This document shows, piece after piece, positions 19,389-30,611 of a DNA stretch of 64,000 nt (position 1 is the stretch's first letter; each line of letters starts with the position of its first letter). The notes under the pieces were generated by a model. That model worked only from the letters and a program-made list of their open reading frames with translations. It was not told the origin of the DNA and did not search any database. The translations under genes were made by a program, and so were the position numbers. The stretch spans positions 87,066-151,065 of the forward strand of contig CACEWP010000002.1 of assembly GCA_902563305.1 (NCBI GenBank), given 5' to 3'. This stretch comes from an uncultured Alphaproteobacteria bacterium. GTDB lineage: Bacteria > Pseudomonadota > Alphaproteobacteria > Methylaequorales > Methylaequoraceae.

Positions 19389-19996
19389 TAATCTGAAATA
19401 TAGTTAAGAAATCTTTTTTGCATCTCTAAATTTGTTTTGAATTCACCCAAAAAGGTATTAGTGATTGTAGAAACGTTTGGTTTTTCAACTCCTCTTGTTG
19501 TCATACACTGATGGATAGCTCTTATGTAAACAGCAACACCCTTAGGCTTCATTGAATTTTGAATAGCATCAGAGATTTGCTGGGTCATCGTTTCTTGTGT
19601 TTGTAGTCTTCTAGCGAATATTTCTACAGTCCTTGCTAATTTAGATATACCAACGACTCTTTTAGTTGGAATATATGCTATGTGAGCTATTCCGATAACT
19701 GGAACCATATGATGTTCGCAATGAGAGTTGAAAGGAATATCTTTCAACATAACCATATCTTGATAACCCTGAACATCTTCAAAAGTCTTTGACAAGTATT
19801 TTTCGGCTGACTCCTTATATCCCGAAAAAAATTCTTCATAAGCATTTATAACCCTTTTTGGAGTTTCCCTTAATCCTTCTCTCTCTGGGTCATCCCCAGC
19901 CCATTTGATTAATGTCTCTACCGCTTTTTCAGCCTCTTTCCTACTTACCTTATTTTGATGTGCAAGTTTTATATTTTTGGGTGAACTAGAATCCAT
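19388..19996 (-). CDS. folE: GTP cyclohydrolase I
   Basis: 202 aa; FolE signature [19 protein letters not shown]; stop overlaps the hisI start. Confidence 0.9.
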   Translation of the reverse strand: MDSSSPKNIKLAHQNKVSRKEAEKAVETLIKWAGDDPEREGLRETPKRVINAYEEFFSGYKESAEKYLSKTFEDVQGYQDMVMLKDIPFNSHCEHHMVPVIGIAHIAYIPTKRVVGISKLARTVEIFARRLQTQETMTQQISDAIQNSMKPKGVAVYIRAIHQCMTTRGVEKPNVSTITNTFLGEFKTNLEMQKRFLNYISD

Positions 19997-20096
19997 AATT
20001 TTGTCTTTCCTTTTAAATGTACCATTTATTTATTTTGTATTTAAAAAAAAAATTTAAAGTAATATATTTAATACTACTTAAAATTTAAATTGCAAA

Positions 20097-21752
20097 ATGA
20101 AATTTAAAATCATAAATGGAATATTATACGACCCCACACAAAATATTAATGAAAAAATTCAAGACATATACGTTGAAGATGGTTTAATTATTAATCCATC
20201 TCCTTCTGAAGTATCTAAATTTAAAAACATCTATGATGCGAGCGGAATGATTGTGATGGCAGGAGCTATTGATATTCATTCACATATTGCAGGAGGCAAT
20301 GTTAATAATGCAAGGTTGTTATCCCCAGAGATCCATTCTAATTTTCTAGAGCATAATCTTTTTAGAAAAAAAATACTTCCAAGTTTTAATTCTAGGTGGA
20401 CGTCTGAGGGAACTGGTTACAGATATGCAGAAATGGGTTTTACAACTGTAATTGAACCTGCAGTTTTACCCATAAACTCTTTTTTAACTCAGCTAGAACT
20501 TGAAAAAATTCCTATGATAGATAAAGGATGTTTAGGAATAGTTGGTAATGATAACTTTCTACTCAATGCGTTAAATAAAAAAAAAGGTCAATCTTATATT
20601 GATGATTATGTGGCATGGAATATAAATTCAGCGAAGTGTATAGGTCTTAAAGTGATAAATGCAGGAGGAACAGAATTATTTAAATTTACCGGAGAATCTG
20701 AATCATTCAGTTTAGACGATATAGTCCCAGAATATGGAGTAAGCTCAAGAAGGATTCTTGAATCACTTAATATTGCAAATGAAAATCTCAATATACCTCA
20801 TCCAATTCATGTCCATTGCAATAATTTGGGTATGGCTGGTAATGTAAAGTCAATTATAGATACAATTGATGCAGCTCAGGGAAGGAGAATGCATTTAGCC
20901 CATATTCAATTTTATGGTTATGGAAATAAAGGAAAGAAAGGCTTTTCATCAGGTGCACAAGAGCTAGCTGAAAAAGTTAATAAAAATAGAAATATATCTG
21001 TAGATATTGGTCAAGTTATGTTTAAACCGACAATTACAATCTCATCAGATATTTGGAAGCAAAATCAAGCAAAATCAAATGCTAATCCGAATAAATGGAT
21101 CATATCTGAAGTTGAAGATGGTGGTGGAGGTATTATTCCATATGAATATAAAGAAAAGAATTTTGTAAATGCACTTCAATGGACAATTGGATTAGAACTT
21201 TTTTTATTAATAAAAGATCCATGGAGAGTTTTTTTAACAACAGACCATCCTAACGGAGCTCCATTTACTTCCTACCCGGAATTGATAAGATTACTAATGG
21301 ATAAAGATTTTAGAAATTCTGAAATTGATAGAATTAATCCTCTCGCCAAAGAAATAAGTAATCTTAAATCTATTAAAAGAACTTACAGTTTTTATGAAAT
21401 TGCAATCATGACGAGGGCTGCACCAGCAAAGATACTTGGTTTAAAAGATAGAGGGTCATTAAAGCCTAACTCAGTAGCTGATATATCTATTTACGATCCA
21501 AATAAACCTATTGATCAAATGTTTAGAAATGCTGAATATGTTTTTAAAAATGGAGTAGAGATTGTGAAAAAAGGAAAAGTTTTAAAATATTATAAAACTT
21601 CAACAAAATGTCTTGAGATAAACTATGATTTTAAAATTCATAAAAATATACGAGATTGGTTTGATAATTATTATTCACTAAGTTTAGATGAATTTCAAAT
21701 TGATGAGAATTTTTTTAGTGAGAATAACTTCCAAGTTATAAATAAAATATAA
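20097..21752 (+). CDS. amidohydrolase-superfamily protein, formylmethanofuran dehydrogenase subunit A (FwdA)-like
   Basis: 551 aa; metal-binding HxH (IDIHSH) near N-terminus, length and architecture like FwdA/FhcA; no fwdB/C/D neighbours. Confidence 0.5.
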   Translation: MKFKIINGILYDPTQNINEKIQDIYVEDGLIINPSPSEVSKFKNIYDASGMIVMAGAIDIHSHIAGGNVNNARLLSPEIHSNFLEHNLFRKKILPSFNSRWTSEGTGYRYAEMGFTTVIEPAVLPINSFLTQLELEKIPMIDKGCLGIVGNDNFLLNALNKKKGQSYIDDYVAWNINSAKCIGLKVINAGGTELFKFTGESESFSLDDIVPEYGVSSRRILESLNIANENLNIPHPIHVHCNNLGMAGNVKSIIDTIDAAQGRRMHLAHIQFYGYGNKGKKGFSSGAQELAEKVNKNRNISVDIGQVMFKPTITISSDIWKQNQAKSNANPNKWIISEVEDGGGGIIPYEYKEKNFVNALQWTIGLELFLLIKDPWRVFLTTDHPNGAPFTSYPELIRLLMDKDFRNSEIDRINPLAKEISNLKSIKRTYSFYEIAIMTRAAPAKILGLKDRGSLKPNSVADISIYDPNKPIDQMFRNAEYVFKNGVEIVKKGKVLKYYKTSTKCLEINYDFKIHKNIRDWFDNYYSLSLDEFQIDENFFSENNFQVINKI

Positions 21753-21754
21753 GA

Positions 21755-24700
21755 CTAGTCTTTATCTATTATTTTAAAGAAGAAAGGTGTTACAAATAAG
21801 GTTAATATAATTGAAAAAATTATACCAGTTACCAAAACTATACCAATTGTTAACCTAGATTCATAACCTGCACCAGAACCTATTACTAGTGGAATAATTC
21901 CGATAACAGTTGAAAAACCTGTCATTACAACTGGTCTAAATCTCATCTTACATGCATTTATAAGAGCATTATATGAATTTTCTCCTTTTCTTTTTATTTG
22001 CCTTGCAAACTCAACTATCAGGATTCCATTCTTAGCTGAAATTCCGGTTAATATAATCAGTCCTATTTGGCTAAAAATATTTAAGGAATTATTAAAGAAA
22101 TATATTGCAGCTAATGGAGCTATTAATGTTAAAGGAACGGATAGCATTATTATAAAAGGAAATTTATAACTTTCAAATTGTGCACACAAAACTAAGTAAA
22201 CAAATAAGATTGACACTAAAAATAAAAAATAGAATTGACTCATAGATTTCTTATATTCTTTACTTTGTCCTTTAAAATCAATTTTATAATTTCCCGTAAA
22301 TTTTTCTTTAGACACACTCTCTAAGTAATTTATTGCTTCCCCAAGTGAATAACCTTTTTTTAATCCTGCGCTCAATGTAATTGATCTCATCTTATTATAC
22401 CTATTTAACTCTTTAGCCTCATTTACCTCTTTAAACTCTAATAGATTATCTAGTCTGATATATTTACCATCTTCAGTTTTCACCTCAAAAACTCCAATAT
22501 CTCTTATATTTTTTCTTTTATCCTTTTTAGCTTGAACTATAACGTAGTACTCCTCACCATTTTCTATGAAAGTATTGATTTTTCGACCTGCAAGAAGTAT
22601 TTCAAGGGTCCTACCGATTTCATTATTTGAAACTCTTAGGTCGGATGCTTTATTTCTATCAATATTGATTTTAAATTGTGGTCTATTTTTTTTATAGTCA
22701 ATTCTTGTGAAAAGAAAGTTTTTATTTTGCTTTAATTCTTCTAAAATTATTTTCATATTTTCGTTAATATTTTCATATTCATCACCGGATATAACAAATT
22801 GTAGTTGTTGACCTGACCTTCTTTGACCCAAACCCCTTGGAGGAAAAATTATCACTTTTGAATCTGTGATATCTTTGGAGATATTTTTAAATTCTTCAAT
22901 AATATCCCAAATTTTTCTTCTATAATCCCAATGATTTAGTACTATTATACCCAGTCCATCGCTAAAATTTTCTGTTCCTGAAAAACTTCTAGGTACTCTT
23001 AGAAGAATTCTTTTAGCTTCGTTATTTTCATTGAATTTAATAAGTTTATTTTCTAATTTAAGCATTTGGTTAACCGTATTTTCAAAAGTAGTACCCTCTG
23101 GGGATTCCATAACCATAATAAAAACACCTCGATCCTCTTGTGGAGCGAATTCTTTTGGTATTGTCTTATAAAGATAAAAAGATGTAAGGATTATTGGGAT
23201 AATAATAATTGTGTAGAAAAGCTTATTATTTAAAAGAAATTTTAAGAAATTTATATAAGTTGTTTCAATCATGCGAGATTGTTTCTTCTTTGAAGAGAAA
23301 TTTAATAATTTTGAACATAGCATTGGTGTTAGTGATAAAGAGATAAACGTTGAGAAAAAGACAGCTGAAATAATTGTTATTGCTAATTCCAAAAATAATT
23401 TTGCAGTATCACCTTCTAAAAAAATTATAGGCATAAAGATACTTATAAGTACAATAGAAGTTGAAATAATTGCGAATAATACTTCCTTGGATCCGTTAAT
23501 TGCTGCATTAAATTTAGATTCACCTGCTTCGATTTTTTTATGAATATTTTCTAACATAACTATTGAATCATCAATGACTAAGCCAGTACATAATACTAAA
23601 GCTAATAAGGTTATTAAATTTATTGAAAAACCAAAAAAATTAAGAAAAATAAATGTCGATAAAATTGAAATAGGAACGGTTACAACAGGAATTATTGTGC
23701 TTTTGAAATTTTTAAGAAAGATTAGAATTATTATTGTAACTAGGAGCATTGCAAAGCATAAGGTAAAAATCACTTCTTCAAGAGCCTCCGATACAAAAAG
23801 AGAGGTGTCGTAACTTTGATAAATTTTAATATTTTCTGGAAGTTCTTTTTGAATTCTATGAAACTCTTCTTTGATCCTATCCGTTACCTCGATAAGATTT
23901 GCTGATTTTTGCTTTAAAATACCAAGTCCGATCATTTCCTCTGCATTTCCTCTGAAAATTTGCCGTGTTTCTTCGGGACCTAACTCAATTTTAGCAACAT
24001 CACCTAACCTAACGAAGGAGAAATCATCAACTTTTTTTATAACTAAATTTTTAAAGTCATTAACACTAGTATATCCACTCTCTAGTTTTACAGTATAATC
24101 TCTATATTTAGATTCTATTCTCCCAGCAGGGACTTCAACATTTTCGCTTAAGATTTTTTGTTCTACTTCATTCACAGAAATTTCATATTGAGATAGTTTT
24201 ATAGGATCAACCCAGATTCTTAGTGATTTTTTTTTACCTCCAGAAATTCTTACTTTTGCAACACCAGGAATAACTGAAAGTCTATCGACTAAAAATCTTT
24301 CTGCATAATCAGTAAGCTCAAGTTGACTAATATCATTAGAAGTTAAATTTAGCCACATAATAGCATTTGAATCTGAATCAATTTTTGAAATTTCAGGGAC
24401 TTCAGCATCTTTAGGTAGATTGTCTGAAATTCTTGCAACAGCGTCTCTTACATCATTTGCTGCTTCATTTATTTCTTTATCAATTTTAAACTCTATAGTG
24501 ATCTTCGATCTTCCGTCTCTACTTACTGAAGAAATAGATTCAATTCCATCAATACCACTTATTTGACCCTCAATAATTTCAGTTATTTTTGTTTCTATTA
24601 TTTCAGAAGCAGCTCCAGGATATAATGTATCAATTGTTATTTCTGATCTTTCGATATCCGGAAATTGTCGAAGTGGTAGTTCCTTCAGAGATAGAAAACC

Positions 24701-24772
24701 AAGAATTATTAGGAAAATTGAAAGTACAGAACAAAAAACTGGTTTTTTAATAAAAAACTCTGATAAATTCAT
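21755..24772 (-). CDS. RND-family multidrug/solute efflux permease (AcrB/HAE1 type)
   Basis: 1005 aa, 12-TM plus large periplasmic loops architecture. Confidence 0.9.
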   Translation of the reverse strand: MNLSEFFIKKPVFCSVLSIFLIILGFLSLKELPLRQFPDIERSEITIDTLYPGAASEIIETKITEIIEGQISGIDGIESISSVSRDGRSKITIEFKIDKEINEAANDVRDAVARISDNLPKDAEVPEISKIDSDSNAIMWLNLTSNDISQLELTDYAERFLVDRLSVIPGVAKVRISGGKKKSLRIWVDPIKLSQYEISVNEVEQKILSENVEVPAGRIESKYRDYTVKLESGYTSVNDFKNLVIKKVDDFSFVRLGDVAKIELGPEETRQIFRGNAEEMIGLGILKQKSANLIEVTDRIKEEFHRIQKELPENIKIYQSYDTSLFVSEALEEVIFTLCFAMLLVTIIILIFLKNFKSTIIPVVTVPISILSTFIFLNFFGFSINLITLLALVLCTGLVIDDSIVMLENIHKKIEAGESKFNAAINGSKEVLFAIISTSIVLISIFMPIIFLEGDTAKLFLELAITIISAVFFSTFISLSLTPMLCSKLLNFSSKKKQSRMIETTYINFLKFLLNNKLFYTIIIIPIILTSFYLYKTIPKEFAPQEDRGVFIMVMESPEGTTFENTVNQMLKLENKLIKFNENNEAKRILLRVPRSFSGTENFSDGLGIIVLNHWDYRRKIWDIIEEFKNISKDITDSKVIIFPPRGLGQRRSGQQLQFVISGDEYENINENMKIILEELKQNKNFLFTRIDYKKNRPQFKINIDRNKASDLRVSNNEIGRTLEILLAGRKINTFIENGEEYYVIVQAKKDKRKNIRDIGVFEVKTEDGKYIRLDNLLEFKEVNEAKELNRYNKMRSITLSAGLKKGYSLGEAINYLESVSKEKFTGNYKIDFKGQSKEYKKSMSQFYFLFLVSILFVYLVLCAQFESYKFPFIIMLSVPLTLIAPLAAIYFFNNSLNIFSQIGLIILTGISAKNGILIVEFARQIKRKGENSYNALINACKMRFRPVVMTGFSTVIGIIPLVIGSGAGYESRLTIGIVLVTGIIFSIILTLFVTPFFFKIIDKD

Positions 24773-25770
24773 TTTAGTTTAACCACCGAACCTTCTTTAA
24801 TTTTGTTTATTCCCTCATAAATAACATTGTCGTTAGGTTTAAGCCCCTCAAGAATTTCAATCATACCATCTTCTTTGATACCTACTTTAACTTTTTTTTT
24901 AGTAACTTGATTTTTATTATTTACTAAATAAACATAGGCAATATCATCTTTATTGATAATAGCATTTTCTCTGATAACATATGAAATCCTACTTTCTAAG
25001 GGCATTTTTAGATTTACCATCATTCCTGGTTTGATTTTGTTATTTTTATTTTTTATTTTTCCTAAAACTTTAAATGATCTTGATGTTTTATCAATTACAG
25101 GATCGATAACATAAATATTCCCACTTATATTTTTTGGAATATTTGTTCCAGGGTCTAAAAAAAAAACATCATTTAGTTTAACTTTATTTGAAAAATTTTC
25201 AGGTATATAAACTTGAATTTTAAGTGTTTTGATATCATGTAGTTCTGTTATTACATCACCAGGTTTTACAAATGATCCTTCACTAAAATTTCTTATTCCA
25301 GTATAACCATCAAAGGGAGCTTTTATTTTATGATCTTCAATTTTTGCCATTATTTCTTGAACTTTTCCTGATAACTTTTTCTTACTCATCAATCTATTAT
25401 CTAGAATAGATTTTGAAATATTACCCTTCTCAGACAATTTAAGTGCTCTTTCATAATTTATGTTTGCTTCTTCGAGTTCTGCTCTCACTTGGGCGAGAGT
25501 TGCGTATTCCTCATCATCTATTAATTCAATAAGTAATTCATTTTTTTTTACAAATTTTCCCTCCTCAAATATTATTTTTTTTATTTTTTCAGAGACTACA
25601 CTAGTTATCTTAACGCTTTCATTGGCTAATACAGTTCCAGGAAGTTCTATAATATCCGAGATTTCTCTAGATTCTGGTTTTTGAGCACCAACAATAATTG
25701 GTGTTTGTGCATAAACTTGACCAAAATAAATAAGACATAAAGTATAAAGTTTTATTAAATTTAGTTTCAT
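24769..25770 (-). CDS. RND efflux membrane-fusion (periplasmic adaptor) protein
   Basis: 333 aa, signal peptide, coiled-coil hairpin, HlyD/AcrA family; 4-nt overlap with the permease. Confidence 0.8.
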   Translation of the reverse strand: MKLNLIKLYTLCLIYFGQVYAQTPIIVGAQKPESREISDIIELPGTVLANESVKITSVVSEKIKKIIFEEGKFVKKNELLIELIDDEEYATLAQVRAELEEANINYERALKLSEKGNISKSILDNRLMSKKKLSGKVQEIMAKIEDHKIKAPFDGYTGIRNFSEGSFVKPGDVITELHDIKTLKIQVYIPENFSNKVKLNDVFFLDPGTNIPKNISGNIYVIDPVIDKTSRSFKVLGKIKNKNNKIKPGMMVNLKMPLESRISYVIRENAIINKDDIAYVYLVNNKNQVTKKKVKVGIKEDGMIEILEGLKPNDNVIYEGINKIKEGSVVKLK

Positions 25771-26420
25771 ACATTCCTAAGTTTTTTGATTATATTTTTA
25801 TAAGATTGACATTTAAAAATTGTTGAACCTGAAACTAAAATATTAGCTCCTGCTTCAATTGATGATTTGGCAGTATTTAAATCTATACCTCCATCAACTT
25901 CTATATCAATTTTTCTATTTCCTATCATTTTTTTTATAAGCTTGATTTTCTCTAATTGTTCAATCATAAATTTTTGACCACCAAAACCTGGTTCTACAGT
26001 CATAACTAATATTAAATCAACATGATTTATGTACTTTTCAACTATATTTGCGGGTGTTCCAGGTTTTATTGAAATACCGGCCTTCTTTTTTAATTTTTTG
26101 ACTAACAATATTGAATCTAAAGTATCTTCATTTATCTCATGATGGATTGTAATAATATCTGCTCCTGCATTAACAAAGTCTGGAATATATTTCTTTACTG
26201 GATCAATCATAAGGTGTACATCAAAAATCTTCTCAGAAAATTTTCTTATAGATTTTACTACATTAGCTCCAATAGTTATATTTGGAACAAAGTGACCATC
26301 CATAACATCGATATGTATATAGTCACAACCAGCTTTATCTAGATCATAGATTTCTTTGCCAAGCTTTGAAAAATCTGCAGAGAGGATAGATGGTGCAATT
26401 TTCACCTTATCACTCGTCAT
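25767..26420 (-). CDS. rpe: ribulose-phosphate 3-epimerase
   Basis: 217 aa; Rpe motifs IAPSILSADF, HIDVMDGHFVPN, VMTVEPGFGGQ. Confidence 0.9.
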   Translation of the reverse strand: MTSDKVKIAPSILSADFSKLGKEIYDLDKAGCDYIHIDVMDGHFVPNITIGANVVKSIRKFSEKIFDVHLMIDPVKKYIPDFVNAGADIITIHHEINEDTLDSILLVKKLKKKAGISIKPGTPANIVEKYINHVDLILVMTVEPGFGGQKFMIEQLEKIKLIKKMIGNRKIDIEVDGGIDLNTAKSSIEAGANILVSGSTIFKCQSYKNIIKKLRNV

Positions 26421-26428
26421 AACTATAT

Positions 26429-27448
26429 TTACTCGAGGTCTCTTGAATATTCACCATTCGTTGCGCTGGAATTTAATTTACTTCTTTTATATAAAGCTTC
26501 TTGAGAACTTGCAATATTTTGGTCATTTCCTTGCCATGAAACTAAAGTAGGTTGTTGCAGTGCTCTTCCGTAAGAAAAACTTAAGTTCCATGGGAGGTCC
26601 GTGTAAGATTTATTCATTTCGTTGAGATGCTCTGTTGCCAATTCGTTTGACTGTCCCCCAGAAAGAAAAACAATTCCTGGCACCTCATCTGGGACATTTT
26701 CTTTTAAACATTTAACTGTCATCGATGCAACTTCAGATATTGATGCTTGTTTAGCGCATTTTTTACCTGAAATAACCATATTTGGTTTTAATAAAATACC
26801 ATTAAGGGAAACTTCCTGATTATTTAAATGCTTAAAAAGAGATCTCTGTGTTTTGGAAGTTACCTCATAGCATTTATTAATATCATGTGAACCGTCCATA
26901 AGCACCTCTGGTTCAACAATAGGAACTAACCCATGATTCTGAACAATTCTTGCATATCTTGCTAAGTTAAATGAGTTTAAATCAATCGCATAATCTGATG
27001 GAACTTTGTTATTTTCATCTATGTCTATTATTGCTCTCCATTTTGTAAAAACTGCCCCAAGGTTTTTATATTCCTTTAATCTTTCACCTAGACCATCAAT
27101 TCCTTCAGTTACTTTTTCAGGCGAACTTGGAAAAATTGGAATGGCTCCAGTGTCAACTTTAATTCCAGGCATTATTCCAATTTCATTTAAAAACTTTCCA
27201 AAAGGAATATTTTCAGAAGTTGATTGACGAATTGTTTCATCATATAGAATTACACCGCTAATAAATTTATTCAGTTCCTTCGTTTTAAAAAGTAACTCTC
27301 TATATTTTCTTCTATTTTCAAAAGATGATTCTACATTTATGTCACTAAATCTTTTGGTTATTGTATTCGTGCTTTCATCAGCAGCCAAGATACCTTTAGG
27401 AGCTTCTGAGAGTTTAACTGCAACTTGATTTAATACTGTGTCATCCAT
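26429..27448 (-). CDS. fba: fructose-bisphosphate aldolase, class I
   Basis: 339 aa; class I motifs GILAADES, Schiff-base lysine region (LLKPNMV). Confidence 0.8.
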   Translation of the reverse strand: MDDTVLNQVAVKLSEAPKGILAADESTNTITKRFSDINVESSFENRRKYRELLFKTKELNKFISGVILYDETIRQSTSENIPFGKFLNEIGIMPGIKVDTGAIPIFPSSPEKVTEGIDGLGERLKEYKNLGAVFTKWRAIIDIDENNKVPSDYAIDLNSFNLARYARIVQNHGLVPIVEPEVLMDGSHDINKCYEVTSKTQRSLFKHLNNQEVSLNGILLKPNMVISGKKCAKQASISEVASMTVKCLKENVPDEVPGIVFLSGGQSNELATEHLNEMNKSYTDLPWNLSFSYGRALQQPTLVSWQGNDQNIASSQEALYKRSKLNSSATNGEYSRDLE

Positions 27449-27453
27449 AAAAT

Positions 27454-28647
27454 TTAATCGTTTAAGCTAGTTAAACCTGGCATTAGTGCGCCCTGAATAA
27501 ACTCTAAAAAAGCGCCACCACCGGTTGAAACAAATGAAAAATCATCAAAACAACTTGCTTGATTTAATATTGATATTGTATCACCACCTCCTGCTACAGA
27601 AAAGAAATTTTTTATTTTATTGGCTCTAATTGCCTGTAAAACAAAGATGGTACCTTCATCATATGGTTTTCTTTCAAAAAGACCAAGAGGACCATTCCAA
27701 AGGATAGTTTTTGTTTTTAAGATTTCATTATAAAAAAGCATTCTTGTTTGAGGTCCAATATCTAATATGAGATCGTTTTTACTAATATTTTCTTTATTTT
27801 TAGCAATAGGTTGGCTATCCATTTTTTTATTAGTCACAATAAAATCAAGTGGTAGTAAAATTTTATCGCCAAATTTTTCTATTATTTTATTTGAGAATTT
27901 AATCATTTTTTTTTCGTAAAGAGAAACTCCAATTTCATAACCTTGTGCACAACAAATAGTATTTGCCATAGCCCCTCCAATTAGTACCTTAGAAAACTTT
28001 CCTGCGTAAAATTCTAAGAGTTTAATCTTAGTTGAAATTTTAGATCCACCAAGTACTGCTAAACCATCAGTTTCATTTTGAACAAGAAAAAGATTTTTTA
28101 AATTTTGGATTTCATGTTCTAAAAGTTTACCTGGAAAAGATGGAAGATATTTTGGAATACCAGATATTGAGGCATGGTCTCTATGACTGCATGAAAAACA
28201 TTCATTTATGAAGATATCTGCAAGAGATGATATTTTTTTTACAAATTTATCCTCATTTTTTTCTTCTTCAGGGTAAAATCTGATATTTTCTAAAAGTAGA
28301 ATATCTACGTTCTTAAATTTTTCCTCAATATCATCTTTTTTTAATTTTTTAACATTAGTTGTAACTAATAATACCTTTTTTCCTATCAATACTTCTAATT
28401 CTTTTGCCACAGTGATTAATGATAAATCTTTATTCCAACTACCTTCTGGCCTTCCGAAATGAGATAAAAGAATAATCTTAGCTCTTTGCTCTAAAAGCTT
28501 TTTAATTGTAGGTAATATTTTTTTTATCCTAGTTGAGTCGACTATTTTCTCATCTTGAATTGGAACATTAAGATCCACTCTTAGTATGACTGTTTTATTA
28601 TATACAAAGTTGTAAGAATCAGAGAATTTTTTTTTTAAAGTAATCAT
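27454..28647 (-). CDS. pgk: phosphoglycerate kinase
   Basis: 397 aa; Pgk N- and C-domain signatures (RVDLNVP, GGGA...GG). Confidence 0.9.
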   Translation of the reverse strand: MITLKKKFSDSYNFVYNKTVILRVDLNVPIQDEKIVDSTRIKKILPTIKKLLEQRAKIILLSHFGRPEGSWNKDLSLITVAKELEVLIGKKVLLVTTNVKKLKKDDIEEKFKNVDILLLENIRFYPEEEKNEDKFVKKISSLADIFINECFSCSHRDHASISGIPKYLPSFPGKLLEHEIQNLKNLFLVQNETDGLAVLGGSKISTKIKLLEFYAGKFSKVLIGGAMANTICCAQGYEIGVSLYEKKMIKFSNKIIEKFGDKILLPLDFIVTNKKMDSQPIAKNKENISKNDLILDIGPQTRMLFYNEILKTKTILWNGPLGLFERKPYDEGTIFVLQAIRANKIKNFFSVAGGGDTISILNQASCFDDFSFVSTGGGAFLEFIQGALMPGLTSLND

Positions 28648-30611
28648 GTGAAAAATTTTTTAATAATTTTGTTAGAGATTTTCTCTTTTGTGAATCCAAA
28701 ATGATTAAATAAATGCTCTGCTTTTCCTGATTCGCCAAATTCATCAATACTAAAAATTATATCATTTGAATTTATAAACTTATACCAACCTTGAGAAGAA
28801 GATGCTTCAATTACAACTCTTGGGTTATTACCTAATATCTTTTCCTTATATTTTTTATTTTGTTTTTCAAAAATTTCAACGCATGGCATGGAAACTAAGT
28901 TTGATTTAATTTTCTTTTTTTCTAAAATACTTTGTACATCTAATGCTAATGAAACTTCAGATCCACTAGCAATAAGAGTTAATCTTGCTTTTTTATTTTC
29001 ATTTAAAAAATACGCCCCCTTCATTGAAAGATTTTTTCTAAAGTTTCCTCTCACAAGAGGAACATTTTGTCTTGATAAAGCAAGAATTGAGGGTGTAGTT
29101 TGAGTGTTTAAAGCAATCTCCCAAGCTTCAAATGTTTCTATTGAATCACAAGGTCTAAAAACATTTATATTAGGAATTGCTCTTAACCCAGCTAAATGTT
29201 CTATAGGTTGATGAGTAGGACCATCTTCTCCTAATCCAATAGAATCATGTGTAAAAACATAAATAACCTGTTGTTTCATCATCGCTGATAGTCTGATTGC
29301 ATTCTTGCAGTAATCAGAAAAAACTAGAAAAGTTCCACCATATGGAATAAAACCACCATGAACTGCAATACCATTCATTGCTCCTGACATTAAATGTTCT
29401 CTCACACCATAGTGGATATAATTTTGATTTTTTCCCGTTAATTCAGAAGTCGAAACTTTTGTTAAGTTTGAACCAGTGAGATCTGCTGAACCACCTAATA
29501 GATTCATAATCTTTTTATTAAAAAATTCTAGTGTCTTCTGCGACGACTTTCTTGTTGCTTCTAAACTTTGGTTTTTAATAAGTTGTTTTAAAAATATAGA
29601 TGTTTCATTTGACCTACTTATACAATTTCTTTTCATTTGTTTAATTAATTCTTTTTTTTGAGAAGAGGCATTGAGTTTTTTATGCCAATTTTCTCTTAAC
29701 TTTTTGCCTTTGCCACCTATTTTTCTCCAGTCATTTAATATTTTTTTAGGTATTATAAATTCTTTACTTGACCAATTAAGTCTTTTTTTTGTAAGCTCAG
29801 TTTCAATCTTTCCCAGAGGTGCACCATGGGAACTTTCTTTACCAGACTTATTCGGGGAACCAAATCCGATAATAGTTTTACAAGAAATAAGTGAAGGTTT
29901 ATTAGATTTTAAAGCAATTTTTATAGCTTTGTCTATCTGATCAAAGTTGTGACCATCAATTGTGATAGTTTCCCAATTACTTGCTTCAAATCTTTTTTTT
30001 TGGTTGTCTGAACAAGTCATATCAGTTGAACCATCAATGGAAATTTTATTATCATCAAAAAGAACTATAAGTTTATTTAAATTTTTATGACCAGCAAATG
30101 AAATTGCTTCTTGAGAAATACCTTCCATTAAACATCCATCACCAACTATAACCCACGTTTTATGATCAATAAGATTTTTACCAAATTTTTTATTTAAAAT
30201 TTTCTCTGCTAATGCCATACCCACGCAATTTGCTAAACCTTGTCCAAGAGGACCAGTTGTTGTTTCAATACTTTTTAATAACCCGTATTCAGGATGACCT
30301 GCGGTTTTGCTTCCAAGCTGTCTGAAATTTTTAATTTGTTGTAGATTACAATCTTTATACCCAACTAGGTATGATATCGCATACAGTAACATAGAACCAT
30401 GCCCAGCTGATAAAACAAATCTATCTCTATTCAACCAATTTGGCATATTAGGGTCAAATTTAAGATATTTTGAGAATAGTACAGTTGCAACATCTGCCAT
30501 GCCAAGAGGCATTCCTGGATGACCTGAGTTTGCCTTCTCAATGGCATCGATTGAGAGCGCTCGAATGGCATTAGCCATATTTTGAAGTTTATTTATTTCT
30601 ATTTCATTCAT
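28644..30611 (-). CDS. tkt: transketolase
   Basis: 655 aa; ThDP-binding GDGCLMEG and transketolase signatures. Confidence 0.9.
   Translation of the reverse strand: MNEIEINKLQNMANAIRALSIDAIEKANSGHPGMPLGMADVATVLFSKYLKFDPNMPNWLNRDRFVLSAGHGSMLLYAISYLVGYKDCNLQQIKNFRQLGSKTAGHPEYGLLKSIETTTGPLGQGLANCVGMALAEKILNKKFGKNLIDHKTWVIVGDGCLMEGISQEAISFAGHKNLNKLIVLFDDNKISIDGSTDMTCSDNQKKRFEASNWETITIDGHNFDQIDKAIKIALKSNKPSLISCKTIIGFGSPNKSGKESSHGAPLGKIETELTKKRLNWSSKEFIIPKKILNDWRKIGGKGKKLRENWHKKLNASSQKKELIKQMKRNCISRSNETSIFLKQLIKNQSLEATRKSSQKTLEFFNKKIMNLLGGSADLTGSNLTKVSTSELTGKNQNYIHYGVREHLMSGAMNGIAVHGGFIPYGGTFLVFSDYCKNAIRLSAMMKQQVIYVFTHDSIGLGEDGPTHQPIEHLAGLRAIPNINVFRPCDSIETFEAWEIALNTQTTPSILALSRQNVPLVRGNFRKNLSMKGAYFLNENKKARLTLIASGSEVSLALDVQSILEKKKIKSNLVSMPCVEIFEKQNKKYKEKILGNNPRVVIEASSSQGWYKFINSNDIIFSIDEFGESGKAEHLFNHFGFTKEKISNKIIKKFFT

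Noticed and set aside
23271-24098. Three + strand ORFs inside the RND permease gene
   Set aside because: Antisense shadow ORFs; AT-rich codons give long open frames by chance
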